A stretch of 64,000 bases of DNA, from the NCBI GenBank assembly GCA_963823665.1, contig CAWGMQ010000008.1, positions 2,120,493 through 2,184,492 of the forward strand. The letters are read 5' to 3'. A model generated the notes under the pieces. It was not told the DNA's origin, made no database searches, and was given only the letters and a program-made list of their open reading frames with translations. How positions within the stretch are numbered: position 1 is the first letter of the stretch; every line of letters starts with the position of its first letter. The DNA comes from an uncultured Planctomycetota bacterium (GTDB lineage: Bacteria > Planctomycetota > Planctomycetia > Isosphaerales > Isosphaeraceae). The translations under genes and the position numbers were made by a program. Shown here in pieces: positions 38,635 through 48,973 of the stretch.

Positions 38635-38725
38635 CAGTTGGTCGCCCCTCGTTGCACTGGTCGCGGTCGACTGGTTTGAGAAGGCAAGCCCCGAAAAATC
38701 GGTCTGAGACGGCCGGGAGCTGGCG

Positions 38726-40585
38726 ATGAGCTTTGCCCATCCCGAATTACTGTGGCTGCTAGCCCTCTTGGTGCCGCTCTTCTTGTGGACGGTGCGGGGT
38801 CGGTGGCGACGGCGGAAGCGGTGGCAGTCGCTGGCTCAGCGCGGCCGGCCATCGAGGGATGGAACACCAGCGATCGTCTGTTCGATTGCGTGTCTGATCA
38901 TCGCGGTCACTCAGCCGCGGTGGGGAAACCTACCGTCACCGAACCTTCCACCGGGCCATGACCTGGTGGTCGTCATGGACACCAGCCGAAGCATGGCGGC
39001 TGAAGACGCTGTTCCAAACCGGATGGCCCTAGCAGTCGAGGTCGCCGGAAGCCTCGTGAAAACGCTGGGGCAAGACGCCTCTAACCGAGCAGCGGTGGTG
39101 GCGTTTGCAGGGCGCGGCGTGCTGCGCTGCCCGCTCACGGAAAACCTGGGTGCAGTGCTTGATGCGCTCGATCGGTTGCGGCCCGGGTCAGTCACCCCCG
39201 GCGGCACCGACTTGGGCGCGGCCCTTGACGCCGCCATCGAAGCAGTGGCCGTCGATCCCCAAGAGCATGCTCAAGGACGGGCCGTCGTGATCTTCTCCGA
39301 CGGAGAAGACCATGCCGATCGATGGCGCTCCCGGCTGGAACGCCTGGGGCAGCAGGACATCGTCGTTCATGCCGTCTCGATCGGCGATGTCAAAGAAGGT
39401 CATCCGGTGCCGATTGGCAAAACCGCTGAACCGCTCATGTTCGAGGGAAAGAAAGTGCTCTCGATGCGGTCAGATGCCGCCTTGGAGGCGATCGCGCAGG
39501 CAACCGGCGGCACGATCGTGAAGCTAGGGTTATCTTCCGCCGATCTCGGCACATTGTATGAGTCCAAGATCGAGCCGTTGGCTCGCCGGCAGCATCAGGC
39601 AGCGAGGCTCGCCGGCAAGGCCGAGCGTTTTCCCTTGTTCCTGCTCACGGCTTTCGCATTGCTCATCATCGGATGCTTGCCGGCCAACCGGAGCTGGCAC
39701 TGGCGCATGAGCTGGCTTGGAAGCGCGCGTTGGCGTCGTCAATTGCGAGGCCTTGGACCTGCCGCGGTGGTTGTCATTGCTGTCTTCGCCGCGGGCGCCG
39801 CCAACCATCCGCCACAGGCCCCCGCCCCGGCGGAATCGGCGCAGTTGGCCGTGGCCCAGGGGCGGGCATTGTATGACGCCGGTCGGCTCGAACCGGCGCT
39901 TGAGTTATTCGAGAAGGCAACCGCGCTCGCTCCACGCTCGGCGGTCGCGCGATACAACGCCGCAGCCGCGCTCTACCAGCTCAAGCGGTACACGCAGGCT
40001 CGTGACCGATATCAGGAGGCCCGCCTGCGGGCTGACTCTGTTTTGCGAATGAAGATCGATTACGCGCTCGGTAACACGTCACTCGCCCTGGGTGAGGTGA
40101 GTGCGGCGATCAAATCCTACGACGACTGCCTCGGCTCAACCGCCGGAGGTGCGGCGGTCGAGCGTGTCCGCCGGGATGCCGAGATCAATCGCCGTTTCGC
40201 CATCGAGCAGGCACAGGCACCGGCAATCGCCGACGGCGAAAACCCCGACGGCCAGTCCCCTTCGACGCGGCAGAGCGGACGCCGAGGCCCGAATCCGCAA
40301 CAGAACGGCGCCGACGAGCCGCCAGACGGACAGACGGACACCGGCGCATCCGGAGGAGGCGCAAACCCCGACGGCGACCAGCAAGACGAGCGATCCCGCC
40401 CGCCGACTCGCCGCCGCCGAATGGGTGGTGCCGGGCGCACAGGACAAGCGCCCCAGGGAACCCGTGGAGACTCACCCGAGGATCGCCTCGACGCAGCTCT
40501 CGAGAACATTCGTGAGGCTGTCGAAAGCCGGCGTTTGCCCGAAGAAGCCCCTCAGGAGTCGCCAGCCCAGGGTAAGGACTGGTGA
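38726..40585 (+). CDS. BatB/BatC-like VWA + TPR protein
   Basis: 'MSFAHPELLWLL', 'QPRWG', 'DTSRSM', 'FSDGED', TPR motifs (ARYNAAAALY, YALGN), a low-complexity linker and the terminal 'KDW'. Confidence 0.9.
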   Translation: MSFAHPELLWLLALLVPLFLWTVRGRWRRRKRWQSLAQRGRPSRDGTPAIVCSIACLIIAVTQPRWGNLPSPNLPPGHDLVVVMDTSRSMAAEDAVPNRMALAVEVAGSLVKTLGQDASNRAAVVAFAGRGVLRCPLTENLGAVLDALDRLRPGSVTPGGTDLGAALDAAIEAVAVDPQEHAQGRAVVIFSDGEDHADRWRSRLERLGQQDIVVHAVSIGDVKEGHPVPIGKTAEPLMFEGKKVLSMRSDAALEAIAQATGGTIVKLGLSSADLGTLYESKIEPLARRQHQAARLAGKAERFPLFLLTAFALLIIGCLPANRSWHWRMSWLGSARWRRQLRGLGPAAVVVIAVFAAGAANHPPQAPAPAESAQLAVAQGRALYDAGRLEPALELFEKATALAPRSAVARYNAAAALYQLKRYTQARDRYQEARLRADSVLRMKIDYALGNTSLALGEVSAAIKSYDDCLGSTAGGAAVERVRRDAEINRRFAIEQAQAPAIADGENPDGQSPSTRQSGRRGPNPQQNGADEPPDGQTDTGASGGGANPDGDQQDERSRPPTRRRRMGGAGRTGQAPQGTRGDSPEDRLDAALENIREAVESRRLPEEAPQESPAQGKDW

Positions 40586-40619
40586 TGACGCACCACTGGA
40601 GCCGAATTTGGCCGTGCGA

Positions 40620-42026
40620 ATGCTACCAAAAAGTGTCGAGCGTTGCCTGAATCGTGTGAGGTCAATCCGTAGCAACAGCCTTTACCGTCGATGCTTCTGG
40701 TGCGCCACGCTCGCGCTCGCTTTGCCAGGGGGGATTTCCGCAGCGTCGGACGATCCCGTTCACGTCCAGGCCGAGGTCGGCCGCGGACCCTACTTTGTTG
40801 GCCAAGGAATCGAATTCCGGATCAGTGTCGCCGGCGGGCGTCACCCGCCCAAGATCGAACTGCCCACCATCCCATCCGCACGAGTGTGGCAGACCGGCAC
40901 CGACAGCAGACCGATCAGTCGCTCGGAGATCGGCTCGATCGTCGGCGAAGAGAACGCCTTCGTAACTAAATTCCGCGTGGTTCCGACTCGCCCGGGAATG
41001 CTCCAGATTCCGTCCGTTCCAGTTCGGGTGGACGAAACTTCGGGGCGAAGCCAAATCTTCAGGGTCGAGGTTCTCCCAGTGCCGGCTGCGGGGCGCCCGG
41101 CCTCGTTCCTCGGCGGGATCGGGCGTTTCACCCTCCGGGCTGATGTGTCGGCCAGCGCGGTTCGCGTGGGCCAGGAGTTTGATTTCCGGATCACGGTCTC
41201 CGGCCCCGCTGCCTGGGGCATGACCGAAGCTCCCGAGTTGACGCGTTACGATCGCGTTCCACTCGGCTTGCGAATCCGGACCGGGCCGACCCAGACCAAG
41301 GACGAGCCGCCCGAGCGTACCTTTACTTACCATCTCAGGCCGACGCGACCGGCCGAGGCCATGCTTCCGCCGATCTCGATCGCTGCATTCGACCCGGCAT
41401 TGTCGCGGTTCATGACTCAGGTGACACCGAGTGTGCCGATCCGCGTCGTCGCGGCCTCGCCGTTCGATCCCGCCACAATCGACGACGGGGCTCGTCCATT
41501 ACGTGCAAGTCAACCGGCCGACGGGCGGTGGGGCGCGTGGACTTTCTCTGCCTTCGCGCTCGTTGCAGTGTGTGTTTCCCTCGCGCTGGTGCGAAAACGT
41601 CTGCGCGACCGGCGGCGAGCCGGAGAGTCTGCGGCCCGGCATTTTGCGGCTGGGCTGGCGCGAAGCCTTTCGCCTGACGGTTCTCTGCAAGGAACCGCGG
41701 AATGCGATGAATCAGGCGTTTCGCTGCCGTTGATCGATGCTCAGGAAGGGCCACTTCGCCGCACAGCACGCCGGGTGAGAGACTTGCTCATTCGCTACCT
41801 CGAACTGGGCATGGAGCGACCTCCCGGCGCGCTGACGCCGGATGAAGCCTCCCACGGCGTTGCACTCGTGACCCGATCTGCGGATCTGGGGGCAAAAGCC
41901 GGTCAGCTCATGGCGTGTAGTGACCGGGTTCTGTACCGTGAATCATCCGCAGAAATCGGGGCGCCCGAGTTCCTGGCAGAAGCCCGAGCGCTCTTTGAAG
42001 CGCTCGGCAATGCGAAGCCGTCCTGA
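40620..42026 (+). CDS. BatD-like protein
   Basis: Signal-like N-terminus, Ig-like repeats ('FVGQ', 'FLGGIGRF', 'VRVGQ', 'AFDP') and a C-terminal TM helix. It is third in the Bat cluster. The start may be the coupled ATG 40585 if one A is missing at 40628-40632. Confidence 0.75.
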   Translation: MLPKSVERCLNRVRSIRSNSLYRRCFWCATLALALPGGISAASDDPVHVQAEVGRGPYFVGQGIEFRISVAGGRHPPKIELPTIPSARVWQTGTDSRPISRSEIGSIVGEENAFVTKFRVVPTRPGMLQIPSVPVRVDETSGRSQIFRVEVLPVPAAGRPASFLGGIGRFTLRADVSASAVRVGQEFDFRITVSGPAAWGMTEAPELTRYDRVPLGLRIRTGPTQTKDEPPERTFTYHLRPTRPAEAMLPPISIAAFDPALSRFMTQVTPSVPIRVVAASPFDPATIDDGARPLRASQPADGRWGAWTFSAFALVAVCVSLALVRKRLRDRRRAGESAARHFAAGLARSLSPDGSLQGTAECDESGVSLPLIDAQEGPLRRTARRVRDLLIRYLELGMERPPGALTPDEASHGVALVTRSADLGAKAGQLMACSDRVLYRESSAEIGAPEFLAEARALFEALGNAKPS

Positions 42027-42054
42027 CGAAGCGAACCTGACGTGCCGACACCGA

Positions 42055-43281
42055 CTAACGAGCCGACACCGAGAACGACCTGTTTACGGCGGTGTTGAAT
42101 AACTCGCGCGCGACCGGCTCGGCTCTTGTTCGTTGCTGCGTGAATCCCTCGATCTCAAGTGCTGGAATCACTTTGTTTACCAGGTTCTCGATCGCCGTGA
42201 GCGGGTCTCCCTGATCAGGGCAAACGAATAAGTAGGCAACGCCGTCCTTACCCATGCGCCCCGTCCGGCCGATCCGGTGTACATAGTTCTCGGGATCGTC
42301 CGGCATGTCGTAGTTGATGACATGGCTGATCCCCTCGACATCGATGCCTCGACCGACAACGTCGGTAGCGACCAGCACGGAAATCTGGCCGCTCCGAAAG
42401 CCTCGCATCACCCGATCCCGGGTGGATTGGGGAAGCTCGCCGTGAATGGCCGAAACGCCTTTGACCACTCGGTGCAGTCGATCGGCGAGCCGGTCGGCAC
42501 CGCGCCGGGTGCGTGTGAAGACGATGCACTGCCTGGGCCGGTCGCGCTTCAGCAGCAGCAAGAGCAAGTCGAGCTTCTGGTCACCAGAGACCGGAACGTA
42601 GTACTGCTTGATGGACTCGACCGAAATCTCGTCCTGAGACAAATTGAGCTCGACCGATTGGTACATGTAGCGCTGGGCGAGCTTTCGAACGTCCGCGTTG
42701 ATCGTGGCCGATAACAGCAACGTCTGACGCGGCGACGGCAGCTTGCGCAGGATGCGCTCGATATCAGGCCGGAAGCCGATGTCGAGCATGCGATCGGCCT
42801 CATCGAGGACGACGTGAACGATATCGCCCAGATAGAGGGTTCGTCGCTCAATGTGATCGAGCACACGGCCGGGCGTACCTACGATCAGGTCAACGCCGCG
42901 CGCTAATGCCCGAATTTGTTTTTCGATCGGCTCGCCGCCAAAAATGCCGCAGACCGCGACAGGAGACCCCATTGCGAGTTTCTGTAACTCCGCGACGATC
43001 TGCTGCGTCAGCTCACGAGTAGGCGCGAGCACAATCGCTTGCGGCCCCCGCGCTCTGGCTTCAAGCATCTGGATCAACGGAATCCCGAACGCGGCGGTCT
43101 TGCCAGTACCCGTTTTAGCCTGGCCGATCACGTCGTGACCTTCGAGCGCTTCAGGGATAAGAGCCGCTTGGATGGGGGTGGGAGTCAGGTAGCGGCAGTC
43201 CTTGAGAGCCTGAAGCATCGAGTGGCTCAGGCCCATGGAACGGAACCCGGCAACGGGCTCCTCAACACCTTGTCGAATCAA
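42055..43281 (-). CDS. DEAD-box RNA helicase
   Basis: Q motif, AKTGTGKT, PTREL, TPGR, DEAD, SAT, RGID and HRIGRTGR. TTG start with GGAGGA RBS. Confidence 0.96.
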   Translation of the reverse strand: MIRQGVEEPVAGFRSMGLSHSMLQALKDCRYLTPTPIQAALIPEALEGHDVIGQAKTGTGKTAAFGIPLIQMLEARARGPQAIVLAPTRELTQQIVAELQKLAMGSPVAVCGIFGGEPIEKQIRALARGVDLIVGTPGRVLDHIERRTLYLGDIVHVVLDEADRMLDIGFRPDIERILRKLPSPRQTLLLSATINADVRKLAQRYMYQSVELNLSQDEISVESIKQYYVPVSGDQKLDLLLLLLKRDRPRQCIVFTRTRRGADRLADRLHRVVKGVSAIHGELPQSTRDRVMRGFRSGQISVLVATDVVGRGIDVEGISHVINYDMPDDPENYVHRIGRTGRMGKDGVAYLFVCPDQGDPLTAIENLVNKVIPALEIEGFTQQRTRAEPVARELFNTAVNRSFSVSAR

Positions 43282-43686
43282 TCAATCCTCCAGGAACATT
43301 CGTCTGTCAAGATGACCCTTTAGAATCATCGTCGTCGTTTAAACTTCAGATTATCTTATCCGTTTAACCTGAGTTCGTCAAAGGCAATACCGCCTGAGCA
43401 GCCCAACAACGGCTGCAACCGCTGGACTTTCCGATCGCCGAATCACCGCGTTTCTGCGACTCGTGCCAGGCCGCACCCGCCAAAAACGTCACGGACGACT
43501 TGCCCGAATCAACTCGGCGCGCTAGTGTCTATAGTTGGTGATTGCAACCGTGCCGGGTCGCGAGGCCCGGGCCGCCCACCGCCCGTTGTTTTTCCCGCTC
43601 ACTTTCCCTGCCAATCGGATGACGAAGCAAACCGGACTGCACGAGGGATCAACCACTTAACCAACCGGGAATGAGGAGCCGACGCC

Positions 43687-43896
43687 GTGGCCGACCAGAC
43701 ACCAGCCAGTAATGATTTGCAACAGAAGTACAGACAGTTCTTGGACTTGCTTCCACTCACGCTTAGTCTCGCGGGATTACCTCCCAGCGAAGGCAGGCTC
43801 TTCGGTGAGGAGCAGATTGAAGCACGGGGCATTACAGTCCGGGCGGCGTTCCGCGTTGCCCGCACGGTCGCAAGGGATTGCCTGGGCGGATCGTAA
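43687..43896 (+). CDS. Small hypothetical protein (69 aa)
   Basis: GAGGAG RBS before the GTG. The sequence is protein-like and helical: 'LQQKYRQFLDLLPLTLSLAGLPPSEGRLF'. Confidence 0.7.
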   Translation: MADQTPASNDLQQKYRQFLDLLPLTLSLAGLPPSEGRLFGEEQIEARGITVRAAFRVARTVARDCLGGS

Positions 43897-44078
43897 GACC
43901 GTTGCCGGTCGCGTCTACGCCAGTCGTTCGATTCTCCCAGCATGCGCTGTTTGATTGGCGAAGAGAATCCGATAACACAATCGCGTGACGAGTTGGACGA
44001 CCGCCTTCCTTGGAACCGGCGTCTCCGCTCGGTCAGGCGTTGATTCTTGCACCCCCCACGCGAAAGGTCTCCTGAGCG

Positions 44079-44453
44079 ATGATCCTGATGCAGCAATCTA
44101 GCCCCCGGCCTCGTCGCCTCCGCGCCGCATTCATCGGATTCGGTCTGGACAGCGGCGACGACGAACAGCGCCTTACCCGCGGCGACCAAACTTTGATCTT
44201 CGGCGGCTCGGCCGAGACCCATGCCGAATTGCAGGCAACCGCGCTCAGGATGGAGCGCGAGCTCAACCGTCGAGGCCAGGACCTTGGCGAGCTCGACCCA
44301 AAAGAGCTCGCCGACCTGGCCGCCATGATCGACTCTCCAGAACTGCACGAAATTGCGATGCGACTCCAGCAAGGGCTGGAACGGCAGGGGCGAGCCTTCG
44401 AAGACCTGTCTGCCGAAGAATTGACCGCACTATCAGGTCCGAACGATCTCTGA
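44079..44453 (+). CDS. Conserved hypothetical protein ('GLD...RxTRG...GGSxETH' family)
   Basis: 'FIGFGLDSGDDEQRLTRGDQTLIFGGSAETHAEL', with a duplicated C-terminal helix motif (LNRRGQDLGEL / LERQGRAFEDL). Confidence 0.7.
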   Translation: MILMQQSSPRPRRLRAAFIGFGLDSGDDEQRLTRGDQTLIFGGSAETHAELQATALRMERELNRRGQDLGELDPKELADLAAMIDSPELHEIAMRLQQGLERQGRAFEDLSAEELTALSGPNDL

Positions 44454-44508
44454 AACGCGTTCTGTTGTCCATGCTCTGTTGACTTCCGCCAAAGGCCAGC
44501 GGTCCTTC

Positions 44509-45078
44509 TCAGAGAAGGTCCCGTTGGCCTTTCTTGCGACGTTCCTCGTTGACCAACCGCAGGGCCCGCGGTTCGTCCTTAATAAGCTTGATCAACTGCG
44601 ACGGCGAGCATGCAAGTGCCAAAGCTGCGGTCCTGGGTTCGAAAGCACCGGCGTACAACACGTCAAGCGCCTCTGCCAGCAGTGCTGGGAATTCATCGTG
44701 ATCCCGGTTCACGACAATACGTCCGCCGCGGCAACGCTGCAGCCAGAGCGCGCTGGGAGCATAAGAAACACCGGGCTGGCTGAGATCGATCGTCCTGCGA
44801 ATCGAGATTGCCAGCTCCAACCGGAGCCGTTTGAGCGCGACTGCGCGATTTTCGCCCTGCGACCGCCGTTCGCTCGCCTGAGCCCGTAACCCGGTCGGAC
44901 CGTGGATCAATTCCACCGCCGTCTCGACCTTGTTCCGATGCTGGCCCCCAGGGCCCGACCGTCGCGTCGTCCGTACTTTACACTGGCTCGCGAGGACTGC
45001 CGCATCGAGTGCCGCGGGATGATCAATGCGTGCCGCTCGATCCGGTGTTTGGTCCGAGCCATTCATGGCAATCGACAC
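44509..45078 (-). CDS. Peptide chain release factor-like protein (RF-1 GGQ domain; ArfB/PrfH-like)
   Basis: 'RRSGPGGQHRNKVETAVELIH...SERRSQGENRAVAL'. It lacks the codon-recognition domains. Confidence 0.88.
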   Translation of the reverse strand: MSIAMNGSDQTPDRAARIDHPAALDAAVLASQCKVRTTRRSGPGGQHRNKVETAVELIHGPTGLRAQASERRSQGENRAVALKRLRLELAISIRRTIDLSQPGVSYAPSALWLQRCRGGRIVVNRDHDEFPALLAEALDVLYAGAFEPRTAALALACSPSQLIKLIKDEPRALRLVNEERRKKGQRDLL

Positions 45079-45334
45079 GCTGACACGCTTCGGTTCCTTT
45101 CGCTCGAGTTGACTCTATGGCAGGTGAACCTTCTTGCCAAGCCGGGAATGCGAAGAGGAGGCGAGCCGTCTCGTCTCTTGCTCGCGCCTGGACAGGCCGT
45201 TACTTTGGGGGCAGGGTCTGGTGGTGACAGGCGGGAAATCGGCCGGCGGCTTTTTTCTCGCGTCCGGCGCCGGCCGAACCCTTGATTGACACTCCCGGCC
45301 AGATTGCTGCGAGGTCGATCCGGAGGTGCTCCCC

Positions 45335-46375
45335 ATGGTTCGGCCGCGCTGGAGGTCCTTGGCGATCACGGCTGCGAAATCGGGCGTCGCAATCATCGTC
45401 CTCTGGGCGGTTGGCCGTCACGTGATTCGCACGTACAGCGACCTGCGAGGCCGGAGCGAATCGCTCCATTTTGAGCCGATCTGGCTAACGGCGGCGGGTG
45501 TTCTCTACCTGGCTGGACTGCTCGCATACGCTGTTTTCTTCGAGCTTGTGCTCCGATCGGGCCCGACACCCGTGCCTCTTCTTCCCGCCTGGCGAGCGTA
45601 CATTGTGAGCCATCTGGCCAAGTACGTGCCCGGCAAGGCGATGGTTGTGGTCGTGCGCTCGGGGATGGTTGTTCCGTACGGCGGGCGAGCATCCACGGCG
45701 GCTGTTGCCACATTCTACGAAACACTGGTGATGATGAGCGCAGGCGGACTGGTTGCTGCGGCGGGCTTCGCGGCCGCGACCCGAACGGATACGGTCGCGC
45801 TGAGTCTCTGGGTTCTCGGCCGCATTGAGCTTCCCGTCTATCGATTGGCCAGCCTCGCGGCCATTGGTCTCGGACTGGCGTTTCTGATCGTCGTGCTGCC
45901 ACCAGTCTTTATACGTGTTGCGCACCTGGTAACACTTCCCATCAAGGGTGTCGGTCGCGATGCGCTGCCTCGCGTCACGGGACGGCTCCTGGCCCAAGGG
46001 CTTTTCTGGTCCTGCGGTGGTTGGGTACTCCTCGGGCTGAGCCAGATCTCGGTGATTCGCGCGTTCGATCCCGCCGGCGCCGACGCAGTGGCCGCACTCG
46101 GGCTGGCACCCGTGGTCATTGCCAGCGTGGCTCTGGCCACCGTGGCTGGATTTGTCGTGGCGGTTCTTCCCGGCGGACTCGGCGTGCGCGAGGGTGTGCT
46201 GATGTCGGCTCTGGCACCGGTCCTGGGCTCGGACCACGCTGTCGTCGCGGCACTCCTATTGCGGCTGGTATGGGTGGCCGCGGAGCTTGTCGGCGCGGCG
46301 GTCTTTTTTCCCTGGTTCCAGTGGGCTTCCGCAGCGAAACGCCTGCTCCCCGATCGAGATCAACCCAATCCATGA
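45335..46375 (+). CDS. Lysylphosphatidylglycerol synthase TM-domain (flippase-like) protein
   Basis: '[10 protein letters not shown]', 'PGGLGVREG', 'LLLRL' and many TM helices. Confidence 0.85.
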   Translation: MVRPRWRSLAITAAKSGVAIIVLWAVGRHVIRTYSDLRGRSESLHFEPIWLTAAGVLYLAGLLAYAVFFELVLRSGPTPVPLLPAWRAYIVSHLAKYVPGKAMVVVVRSGMVVPYGGRASTAAVATFYETLVMMSAGGLVAAAGFAAATRTDTVALSLWVLGRIELPVYRLASLAAIGLGLAFLIVVLPPVFIRVAHLVTLPIKGVGRDALPRVTGRLLAQGLFWSCGGWVLLGLSQISVIRAFDPAGADAVAALGLAPVVIASVALATVAGFVVAVLPGGLGVREGVLMSALAPVLGSDHAVVAALLLRLVWVAAELVGAAVFFPWFQWASAAKRLLPDRDQPNP

Positions 46376-47360
46376 TCAGCGTTGTCATCCCCGTGCGTGA
46401 CGAGGCGGAGAGCCTGGCCGAGCTTCACGGCGAGCTGAGTGCCGTCTTCGCCGGAATGGCGCGCGGCCCGGTCGAATTCATTTTCATCGACGATGGCAGC
46501 CGTGACTGTTCCTGGAGCGTCATTCTCGCGCTTTCGGAGAGTGATCCTCGCGTCAGCGCAATCCGGTTCCGTCGCAACTTCGGCAAAGCGGCGGCGCTCA
46601 CAGCGGCGTTTCAGTCTGCGCGAGGCAGCCTGGTTTTCACCCTGGATGGCGACCTTCAAGATGATCCGGCGGAAATCCCGCGGTTTCTCGACCGGCTCGA
46701 TGAAGGCTACGATGTTGTGAGCGGCTGGAAGAGAACCCGTCACGATCCCTGGCACAAGGTGTATCCCAGCCGGGTATTCAACTGGCTTGTCAGCCGGCTC
46801 ACCGGTTGCCGCCTGCACGACCACAACTGCGGCTTCAAGCTTTACCGTCGCGAAGTGCTTCGCGAGATCGGCCTGTATGGCGAGCTGCATCGTTTCGTCC
46901 CGGTACTGGCCCACGCCCGCGGATTTCGCGTTAGCGAGGTCGAGGTCCGGCATCGCCGTCGTCGTCACGGGGCTTCAAAGTACGGGTTCTCGCGGTTCAT
47001 GAAAGGATTTCTCGACCTGCTTACTGTCCGTTTCTTGACGCGATTCCGCGAGCGCCCCTCCATATGATGGGGGGAATCGGTCTTTCGCTCTTCGCCCTGG
47101 GTGGGCTCGGTATGCTCTCGCTTGCCGTGATGTGGCTCGATCCGGCCAATCGGCCAATCGGCACTCGCCCATTGCTGTTTTATTCGATCGCACTGTTGCT
47201 GGTCGGTCTCCAGCTCGTGACGATGGGAATACTGGCCGAGCTCGTCACCGCTTACAACATTCGCACCGAGGATGTTTACAGCATTGCCGAGCGGATTCCG
47301 GGTAACGAAACCGATAAGATTTCCAGCGCCGCCGAGTCGCACGCCCCGCCGTCTTGTTGA
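46372..47360 (+). CDS. GT2 polyprenyl-phosphate glycosyltransferase (ArnC/GtrB-like); frameshift at ~47058
   Basis: 'SVVIPV', 'IDDGS', 'RNFGK', 'LDGDLQDDP', 'HDHNCGFK' and 'ELHRFVP'. The two C-terminal TM helices are in ORF 47064-47360, and one C is missing in CCCC (RPLHM). Confidence 0.9.
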
Positions 47361-47443
47361 CCTCGCATCCTTTTGCAGACATGCTCGGCTCATTCCGAAA
47401 AACCGGCACGTCCGCGGTTCACCGGTACGACGGAGATCGATCG

Positions 47444-48931
47444 ATGGACGAGTCCAAACCGCTTGAAGCAAAACCCGAGCCGCGACGGCTTATGGCCCAG
47501 CTCGTCATCATCTCCGCGACCTCGCTCGCGCTGGGGCACTGCTTGCGCCAGCCAGCACAGATGGGGGCCAACGACATCTCGCGCTGGTGCACCGTCTGGA
47601 GCCTTCTCGAGCGAGGGTCCTACGTCATCGACGAATGCCCGTGGCAGATCGAGACTCAGGACAAAGTCTTCCATGAGTCCAAGGAAGCAAGCGGCTCGTC
47701 GTCCGGTAAACACTTCTATTCCAGCAAACCGGCGCTCTTGCCGACATTGATCGCCGGCATTCTCTATCCGGCGCGATGGGCCACCGGCGTTCCCCTCGAT
47801 CGCGTCATCTTCCAGGAGCGCCTGCCGCGCTGGACGCAACAGCCCGATCCCACTTCGCCAAACAGGGTCAAGGGCGTACTCGAGACACCCAAGGAACCCG
47901 CCAGATGGCCAGTCTACATTTACTACTTCAAGCCGGTCATTGTGCTACTCAACGTCATCCCGTACAGCATCTTCCTGGTGTTGTTCACTCGAGTCCTGGA
48001 CCGCCTGGCGCTCGGCGACTGGACCTGGTTCTTCTGTTTGATAGCCGCGGCGTTCGCTACCTATCTGTTGCCCTTTACACAGACTCTGAACAACCACTCA
48101 ATCGCCGCCTCGAGTGTGTTCTTCTCGGTTTACTCCTTCCTCCGCATCTGGGACGAAAGATTGCTTTCCGGTTGGCGGTTCGCGGCCTCCGGTTTCTTCG
48201 CTGCCTTCGCAGCCGCCAATGAGTTGCCCGCGCTCGCCCTGCTGCCGCTGCTCTTCTGTCTGCTGGTCCTGCGCCATCCCCGCCAGACACTGGTTTGGTT
48301 CATTCCAGCCGCGCTCATTCCGATAGGCGCGTTCCTTACCGCACAATACGCGGTCTTCGGCGAGCTGAGATTGGCGTACGAATCCTTTGGAAGCGACGAG
48401 TATCTCTACGAAGGAAGTCTCTGGAAGACTCCCCTCGACCTCGACGCGTTCAACGACCACCCCGAGCCGTATCCTGTTTACTTATTTCACATGACCCTGG
48501 GACATCATGGTGTATTTTCGCTGACCCCGATCTTCTTTTTCTCGGCGTTTGGAGCCGCCCGACTGGTCATGGCCGGAGGCCGACTAAAATCGGCCTCCGC
48601 CGCCAACCGACAGCCATTGGTCACACTGGCCTATCTGACGACGGTGCTGACCATCATCGTGCTGGCGTTCTACACCTGGAACCCGAAAGCGCGGAACTAC
48701 GGCGGCTCGACCCAGGGTCTGCGCTGGCTGTTCTGGATGATTCCACTCTGGCTCCTTTTGTTGCCCAAAGGTGTCGAGCCGGGTGAAACAAGACACTGGG
48801 TTCGCCCGCTGGCGCTTTCGGCACTGGCGGTCTCGATCATGTCGGTCGGATACGCTATTCGCAATCCCTGGACCCACCCCTGGATCCTGGACGCCCTCCA
48901 GCACCTGGATTTGTATCCGTTGACTCGGTAG
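47444..48931 (+). CDS. Polytopic membrane protein, putative GT-C fold glycosyltransferase
   Basis: First TM helix, then a loop with 'ANDISRW' and 'FYSSKP', followed by ~10 TM helices. It lies downstream of the flippase and GT2 genes. The GT-C assignment is inference. Confidence 0.6.
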   Translation: MDESKPLEAKPEPRRLMAQLVIISATSLALGHCLRQPAQMGANDISRWCTVWSLLERGSYVIDECPWQIETQDKVFHESKEASGSSSGKHFYSSKPALLPTLIAGILYPARWATGVPLDRVIFQERLPRWTQQPDPTSPNRVKGVLETPKEPARWPVYIYYFKPVIVLLNVIPYSIFLVLFTRVLDRLALGDWTWFFCLIAAAFATYLLPFTQTLNNHSIAASSVFFSVYSFLRIWDERLLSGWRFAASGFFAAFAAANELPALALLPLLFCLLVLRHPRQTLVWFIPAALIPIGAFLTAQYAVFGELRLAYESFGSDEYLYEGSLWKTPLDLDAFNDHPEPYPVYLFHMTLGHHGVFSLTPIFFFSAFGAARLVMAGGRLKSASAANRQPLVTLAYLTTVLTIIVLAFYTWNPKARNYGGSTQGLRWLFWMIPLWLLLLPKGVEPGETRHWVRPLALSALAVSIMSVGYAIRNPWTHPWILDALQHLDLYPLTR

Positions 48932-48973
48932 GTTTGCTGTAATGAATGCCGCGTCCGGAGAGGAGACGCAGAC

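Noticed and set aside
43282..43686. tRNA, SRP RNA or known riboswitch in the long spacer
   Set aside because: I could not see a cloverleaf, T-loop, SRP GGAA loop or riboswitch consensus. Only one hairpin is evident.
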